DNA from: a virus | Lineage: Duplodnaviria; Caudoviricetes | Reading direction: 5' to 3' (one strand) | DNA length: 38,740 nucleotides | IMG/VR virus record: IMGVR_UViG_3300048574_000107 | Span: 1 to 38,740 of that record | Shown: positions 33,988 through 38,740 of the stretch, piece by piece | How positions within the stretch are numbered: the first letter of the stretch is position 1 | Layout: every line of letters begins with the position of its first letter | Translations under genes and position numbers: made by a program | Notes under the pieces: model-generated | Seen by the model: only the letters and a program-made list of their open reading frames with translations | What the model was told of the DNA's origin: nothing | Databases searched by the model: none

Positions 33988-34455
33988 GTGGACAGAACGA
34001 ACCGGAACGAAGACAAACCGTCACGCACGGAGTCCCAACAAAAACCACCATCAATCGAGGAGGCTTTTGTTCGCGCATTTGCAGATATACTTGAGCCTAC
34101 GCACGGTATGCGTGTAAGAGCGGCAACCAGGGACAAGCAACGCTCTCTGGACCAAGTTTTGATCCGATGCCGGATAATGGATTCAGGCTGCTGGGAATGG
34201 CAGGGAGCTACGACCGCCAAGGGGTACGGAAGGGTGAAGATAGACCACAAACTGTATTCCCCCCACCGCGTCGTGGCGTGGGCAATGGATATCGCACCCG
34301 CTATGGGTGATCCGACCAGAAAAACAGTCGTCATGCATTCATGCGACAATCCGAAGTGCTGCAATCCTGAACACCTATCCCTTGGGACGCATTCCGAGAA
34401 CATGATCGACTGCGCAAAGAAGGGACGAATGCCGCACCAGAAGAAGCGGCCGTAG
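33988..34455 (+). CDS. HNH endonuclease next to attP
   Basis: GCWEWQGATTAKGYG, PHRVVAW, VMHSCDNPKCCNPEHLSLGTHSENMID; start uncertain. Confidence 0.9.
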   Translation: MDRTNRNEDKPSRTESQQKPPSIEEAFVRAFADILEPTHGMRVRAATRDKQRSLDQVLIRCRIMDSGCWEWQGATTAKGYGRVKIDHKLYSPHRVVAWAMDIAPAMGDPTRKTVVMHSCDNPKCCNPEHLSLGTHSENMIDCAKKGRMPHQKKRP

Positions 34456-34459
34456 AACG

Positions 34460-34504
34460 CAAAAAGTCCCCGCTGACCTCCCAGCGGAAAGGAGATCAGC
34501 GGGG
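34460..34504 (-). terminator. Late operon terminator
   Basis: CCCCGCTGA...TCAGCGGGG hairpin with ACTTTTT tail on the minus strand. Confidence 0.75.
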
Positions 34505-34659
34505 CAACACCCGTCTAGAGAGATAGCGCGGGGGAGCGGGTCTCTAGCGGGAACTGAGCTTGTAATGCGGGATTGAAACCTGGATCGGAACCTCGACCAT
34601 CGCGACTCGAGTGACGGCAATGCCGGAAAGCCAGAACAGAAAAACGAGAAGCCCGATTC

Positions 34660-34932
34660 TTATTCTCCACCGTGCGCACTCAGAAAGAACGCTTTGATTT
34701 CGGCCGGTGACACGACGCCTATGGCCAACAGAAGAAGAATGGCCAGCCCTATGGCCCACTCCCTCGGAGAGGCGATTTGACTGAGAAGCGACAAGGCCCT
34801 GACGCACAGGCCGGACTGAAACTCGTTCTCCATTTTGCTGACCCTGGTTATGAGGGCTAGCTGTTCCTGCCTGATGATGGTGACCTGATCTTTGATTGGA
34901 ATGCTGTTCCAGATCAGGTCTATCGTTGGCAT
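34660..34932 (-). CDS. Small membrane protein, holin candidate
   Basis: N-terminal coil plus WAIGLAILLLLAIGVV; GGAG RBS; in the lysis cassette. Confidence 0.55.
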   Translation of the reverse strand: MPTIDLIWNSIPIKDQVTIIRQEQLALITRVSKMENEFQSGLCVRALSLLSQIASPREWAIGLAILLLLAIGVVSPAEIKAFFLSAHGGE

Positions 34933-34982
34933 CGTACCAGCTCCGTGGCTCTGCGAAGGCCATAGCGGCTCTCCTTTTGAGG

Positions 34983-35420
34983 TTAGCGCCGCTTCTTCTT
35001 GGTCGGCAAAGAGCCGGTCGTGATCTTGGATGTCTGAGCCTTGTCTATCGTGTCGTCGATTTTCGATAATTGCGCCTTAAGATCATCGATCTGTCGTTGG
35101 ATGCGCCTTATGTCCGACACCTTCGCCATGCCGGAAATATCCGACCGGTTGACGTTCTGACCGTAGCCGTAAGCGTGCGCTGATCGGTACGAGCCGGACA
35201 CAAGCCGCGTGATGTCGATGCTAAACTTCCAGGCGAACACTGCCCCGACGATGAGGATGCCAAGCGCAATCCCACGCTTCGTCACCGTCCAGCCGTCCCA
35301 CGTCGTTTCTGCCTTACTCCACTGAGGCGACACCACCTTGAGCATCGAAGAAAGGACGCTCGTTGTCTTGGCCCAGGCGTTTTTGATCTTGGTCCAGGCA
35401 GTTCGGTAGTCGAGTAGCAT
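34983..35420 (-). CDS. Membrane-anchored coiled-coil protein in the lysis cassette
   Basis: GIALGILIVGAVFAW TM segment; basic C-terminus. Confidence 0.65.
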   Translation of the reverse strand: MLLDYRTAWTKIKNAWAKTTSVLSSMLKVVSPQWSKAETTWDGWTVTKRGIALGILIVGAVFAWKFSIDITRLVSGSYRSAHAYGYGQNVNRSDISGMAKVSDIRRIQRQIDDLKAQLSKIDDTIDKAQTSKITTGSLPTKKKRR

Positions 35421-35429
35421 GTTCGTCTC

Positions 35430-35729
35430 CTAGTCCTTGCTGGCTTGCTTCTGAATGGCTTTGAGCCCAGCCCGGCACACGGAACGATCGGAACGAATGA
35501 CGTTAAAGCTGTCCTTGTTTTTTCTCTCGCGACGAGCCGTTTCAGAGCGAGGCTCGTCCGCATCCGGAGGATTGGACCACGCCGGATCGGACGACATACA
35601 TTCGTGAGGCGGTGTGATCATCGCGAGCTTGGTCGAGATCATGGGATCGGGTGGTTCCGACCAGCATCCGCCTTTGTTTCCCATCAAAAACGGGATCGGC
35701 AGTAGGACGGCGATAATGTGCCATTTCAT
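35430..35729 (-). CDS. o-spanin (Rz1-like lipoprotein) candidate
   Basis: Signal peptide ending ...GGC, Pro-rich, follows the i-spanin. Confidence 0.6.
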   Translation of the reverse strand: MKWHIIAVLLPIPFLMGNKGGCWSEPPDPMISTKLAMITPPHECMSSDPAWSNPPDADEPRSETARRERKNKDSFNVIRSDRSVCRAGLKAIQKQASKD

Positions 35730-36097
35730 TGTCTGAGGCTCCGAGAAATGGATTGCGGGTAGCAGATCGGATCATCACTCAGGGCACGAAGGGAAGCTTC
35801 GAGCGTCACGATCCGCTGTGCCGTTTGCGCAACCTCTGCCTTGGCCTTTTCCCGCTCCGCATTTGCGGCCTGGACGGCCTTTGCGTTGAGAGCGTCGATT
35901 TCCTTCGCCGCTTGCTCGTTTCCGTCGATAACCGCCTGAGCGCATTGGAGACGTTCCTTGGCGGATATGCCGGACTTGAAGTCGCGATAGGCTGTGATTG
36001 CCACCCCGATGCCGATAGTGATGACAAATCCGAAAAACACGGATTTCAGCGCGTCAAACGTCACCCATCGGGCGAGCCCTGTGAACAATCCTGACAT
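35726..36097 (-). CDS. i-spanin (Rz-like) candidate
   Basis: One N-terminal TM segment plus coiled coil and C-terminal Cys; directly after the endolysin. Confidence 0.65.
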   Translation of the reverse strand: MSGLFTGLARWVTFDALKSVFFGFVITIGIGVAITAYRDFKSGISAKERLQCAQAVIDGNEQAAKEIDALNAKAVQAANAEREKAKAEVAQTAQRIVTLEASLRALSDDPICYPQSISRSLRQ

Positions 36098-36098
36098 T

Positions 36099-37109
36099 TT
36101 ACACCCCGAAAATGTGGAAGCGCTTGAAGCGCATCATCATCAGATAGACGCAGCCACCGGCCGCCATCGTTGCCGCTACCGATCCCCAGAACTCGGGATC
36201 GCTCGCGAGCGCGAATAGAAACGCAAGGATGCTGAAGCGGCCTGTTGCCGTAGCGGCTCCGAACGCGCGAGGAAGGCACGAGAGCCAACCATTCGATGCC
36301 ATCGCGCTCGATGTCATGCCGCCGCCAGCTGCCGCCTGCATCTCGGTCGACTGATAGAGAGATTGCGGCTTGTCTTCGTTTGCGGGGACCGTGGATGCCA
36401 TCACGGCATCAGAAAAGTCGGCGTCATTGATCACGTTTTTAGCAAGACGCAGCGCCGCCATAACATTAGGAAGGCCATTGAGCTTCGAGACCGGCGTCTT
36501 GAGACTGCCCCCGTTAATCAGCTTCCGGATCGATACGGCATCATCCTGATCGGCATAGGTATTGCAGTTCTTCTCGCTCCACTCGCACAGCGCTGCATGG
36601 AGACAATTGAGCGGTTCTGATAAAGCCTCGACAGCGCACCCAACTTGAGCGGCATAACGCTTGTGACTGTAGCCTCCAGTAATTTGCAAAGGCCCGAGAC
36701 CCCGGAAGCGCCACCCGTCCCCTGGCTGAGTGTTCCCGAGTTCCTTAGCCTTCCTCGGATTACCGAGACCATAGACCCTTTCAAAGAGATCAGGACCGTT
36801 AAAGGCGAGACGCTGCGCTTCTGCGGCTGTCACGGCAGCAGAATGATGGCCAACACCAAAAACCTGAACGATGCGCGCTGCGGAATACGCCCCGGATTCC
36901 CATAGGATCGAGAGATTCGTTTCTCCCACAATCGTCGCGAGAAGGTGCTGCATCCGGCGCGGCGTATTGATTTGATATCGATCGAACAAAGCTGACGCTT
37001 CTGCCGACATGAGAGCAGCGACATAAGCGTCCCAGACCTTCGCCTGTGCCGCGTTCTTTGGACGTGACGCAATGTGGACGAGATCGTCTCGCGTGAGGCT
37101 GATTTTCAT
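36099..37109 (-). CDS. GH19 (chitinase-like) endolysin with C-terminal hydrophobic helices
   Basis: Start MKISLT with GGAGG; HLLATIVGET...WE, LGNTQPGDGWRFRGLGPLQITG, IRKLINGG. Confidence 0.9.
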   Translation of the reverse strand: MKISLTRDDLVHIASRPKNAAQAKVWDAYVAALMSAEASALFDRYQINTPRRMQHLLATIVGETNLSILWESGAYSAARIVQVFGVGHHSAAVTAAEAQRLAFNGPDLFERVYGLGNPRKAKELGNTQPGDGWRFRGLGPLQITGGYSHKRYAAQVGCAVEALSEPLNCLHAALCEWSEKNCNTYADQDDAVSIRKLINGGSLKTPVSKLNGLPNVMAALRLAKNVINDADFSDAVMASTVPANEDKPQSLYQSTEMQAAAGGGMTSSAMASNGWLSCLPRAFGAATATGRFSILAFLFALASDPEFWGSVAATMAAGGCVYLMMMRFKRFHIFGV

Positions 37110-37179
37110 GAAATCCTCCGCGCACGAAAGCGCGCCTCGGCTTCTGCCGGTGCGTTGGTCATATCGTCCACCTCTGCCA

Positions 37180-38740
37180 TCAGTTATAGCCTTGGAAGCC
37201 GGTTGATGTACCAGCCACGTTGCCGGGGATAAGCGTTGCCCCCGCGTTATCGGTGTTAATGCTGCAAACACCATAGGTAACGTACCGCTTGCCGGTGATC
37301 GTGTTGCCGCCAAGAGTGAAGGTCACTGCGGCCAGATTTATAAAGCCGAAATGCTGAGCGTAACAATTTGCTTGGCTATACGCCACGCTGGCAGAGTAGG
37401 TGATCGTCGACGAATCAAGATTCAATTGCGATCCGAACCCGACCAGCCAGCTATATGCTGCCGCCCCAGATATTTTGAACGCACCATTTGTCCCGCTAAC
37501 AAAGCAGCTATTGTCGAGGCGTATATGCGCGCCAGAGCAAGCGCCAAATTCGATATTATTTATATTGACAGAACCGGGTCCGTTCCATGCAATGGCGTTC
37601 CCAGCAGAATTCGCAACCTTCATGCCGTTGATAACGTAGCGGCAATTCCATGATGTGCCGCTGATGTTTGTAGATGAACCGCTAAGGTCGACGTTTGAAG
37701 GCGTCGTTGTATTGCCGATAATGCTGATTGGACCAACGCCGACATAATTTTTGAGCACAAACGCAGCGTATCCTGTCGCGTCTGCAACGTTGATCGTCAC
37801 GGAATAAATGGAGAGGTCTAGAGCACAAGCGACGTCGATTGCCTTTTGGATCGTTGCGAACGCCGCTCCTGAAGACAACCCGTTATTGGAGTTATTGCCT
37901 GTGGTCTTGTTCACATAATAGGTTCGGTTCGCCGTCAGGATTTCTCGTGTTGTCCTATCCACATATGCAGTGCTCGCCGCTTTCGTTGAGTTATCAAGAG
38001 CGGTTTGCGTTCCGACTACAGGGTTAGACAATGTCGGAGAGGTATCAAGAACGGCCTTTCCCGTCCCGGTCTTGTCGGTGATCGCAGTGCCGTTTATCTT
38101 GAAGCTGTTGCCCGTTCCTGCAGTGTCAAAAGTCTTGTTCGTCAGAGTTTGCGTGTCTGACGTGCCGACGATGGCTCCGGACGGCAGTGCTTTGCCGCCG
38201 TCTTGCAGAAGCTTACCGCCAGTCCCGTTGAACGTAGCAACGCTACCACTTGTCGATGAACCCGGGCCGATGACTGCGCCGTCAATATTGACCTGGACAA
38301 TCGTCCAGTTCGCCCCGACCGATGCCTGGTTTCCGCTCGATGATCCGTCAACGAAGCAAAGCAGCGTGTCGCCAGCTTCTACATTAGGACCGGATGCCCC
38401 GCCGATCTTGCCAGCAACCGTTACCTTGTACAAATACCCTGCATCTGCTGCGGGGTAGTTCGGATTAGTCGAGCAATCGATGCCGCCTTTGATCTCCACG
38501 ACGTCGAGAGCGGCAATGCGCGCGTCAAGATAGGTGCGAACGGCTTTTTGCGACGGCACTCTTGCGTCGCTATTTGCTGCCATCGCGCCGTCTGTGTCGA
38601 CGTCCAGAGCGGCAGAGGTTCCGAGTGTTGGCTTTCCCGTCAGATCGCTATAGCTTCCGGACGTTGCGACGGCCGCCAAGCCGAGGATCTGATGCCCATT
38701 CATATCAAGATCGCCGCCGAGCATTGGGGCCGGATCATCT
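37180..38740 (-). CDS. Tail fibre/receptor-binding protein (C-terminal part)
   Basis: LAAVATSGSYSDLTGKP, VPSQKAVRTY, DTQTLTNKT, DNSTKAASTAYV, TYYVN..GNNSNNGLS..AFATIQKA, followed by a beta-helix-like region. Confidence 0.85.
   Translation of the reverse strand, partial: DDPAPMLGGDLDMNGHQILGLAAVATSGSYSDLTGKPTLGTSAALDVDTDGAMAANSDARVPSQKAVRTYLDARIAALDVVEIKGGIDCSTNPNYPAADAGYLYKVTVAGKIGGASGPNVEAGDTLLCFVDGSSSGNQASVGANWTIVQVNIDGAVIGPGSSTSGSVATFNGTGGKLLQDGGKALPSGAIVGTSDTQTLTNKTFDTAGTGNSFKINGTAITDKTGTGKAVLDTSPTLSNPVVGTQTALDNSTKAASTAYVDRTTREILTANRTYYVNKTTGNNSNNGLSSGAAFATIQKAIDVACALDLSIYSVTINVADATGYAAFVLKNYVGVGPISIIGNTTTPSNVDLSGSSTNISGTSWNCRYVINGMKVANSAGNAIAWNGPGSVNINNIEFGACSGAHIRLDNSCFVSGTNGAFKISGAAAYSWLVGFGSQLNLDSSTITYSASVAYSQANCYAQHFGFINLAAVTFTLGGNTITGKRYVTYGVCSINTDNAGATLIPGNVAGTSTGFQGYN

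Larger units (their letters stand above)
1..38740. mobile_element. Temperate (lambdoid-like) tailed phage genome segment in excised/circular configuration
   Basis: Contains terminase, replication, cI/cro, recombination, xis/int/attP, lysis and tail-fibre modules. No host housekeeping genes. int is joined to lysis genes across attP. Confidence 0.97.

Noticed and set aside
33984-33998. Alphaproteobacterial LexA box GAAC-N7-GAAC
   Set aside because: About one such match is expected by chance in a window this size, and it may instead be part of integrase arm sites.

Overview
The whole window is part of a lambdoid-type temperate phage genome. The host is probably an alphaproteobacterium of the Hyphomicrobiales, inferred from GcrA, an Omp25/RopB-like barrel and alpha-type promoters. 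The phage is in its excised or circular arrangement: the integrase 3' end runs through an intact attP straight into lysis and tail-fibre genes. From left to right: terL (5' part, missed by the ORF track) and terS; a long structured late leader with a pR'/tR'-like promoter and terminator; an RHH-controlled divergent moron with a structured leader and a type II hammerhead-ribozyme fold; the nin-like region; a replication initiator with seven 18-bp iterons, DnaB and GcrA; the cro/cI switch with matching 22-bp operators; a HicA toxin-antitoxin pair; the pL early operon (ERF, YqaJ, outer-membrane barrel, a highly mosaic cassette region, adenine methyltransferase); xis, int and attP; then the lysis cassette and a tail fibre. 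The most notable observations are the hammerhead-containing moron, an attP that carries the 5' half of tRNA-Lys(UUU) plus its own promoter, several unexplained structured non-coding RNAs (including a 195-bp unit bounded by a 16-bp inverted repeat and a 10-bp direct repeat), and repeat-delimited gene and domain cassettes. All family calls come from motif recognition by eye; no searches were run.
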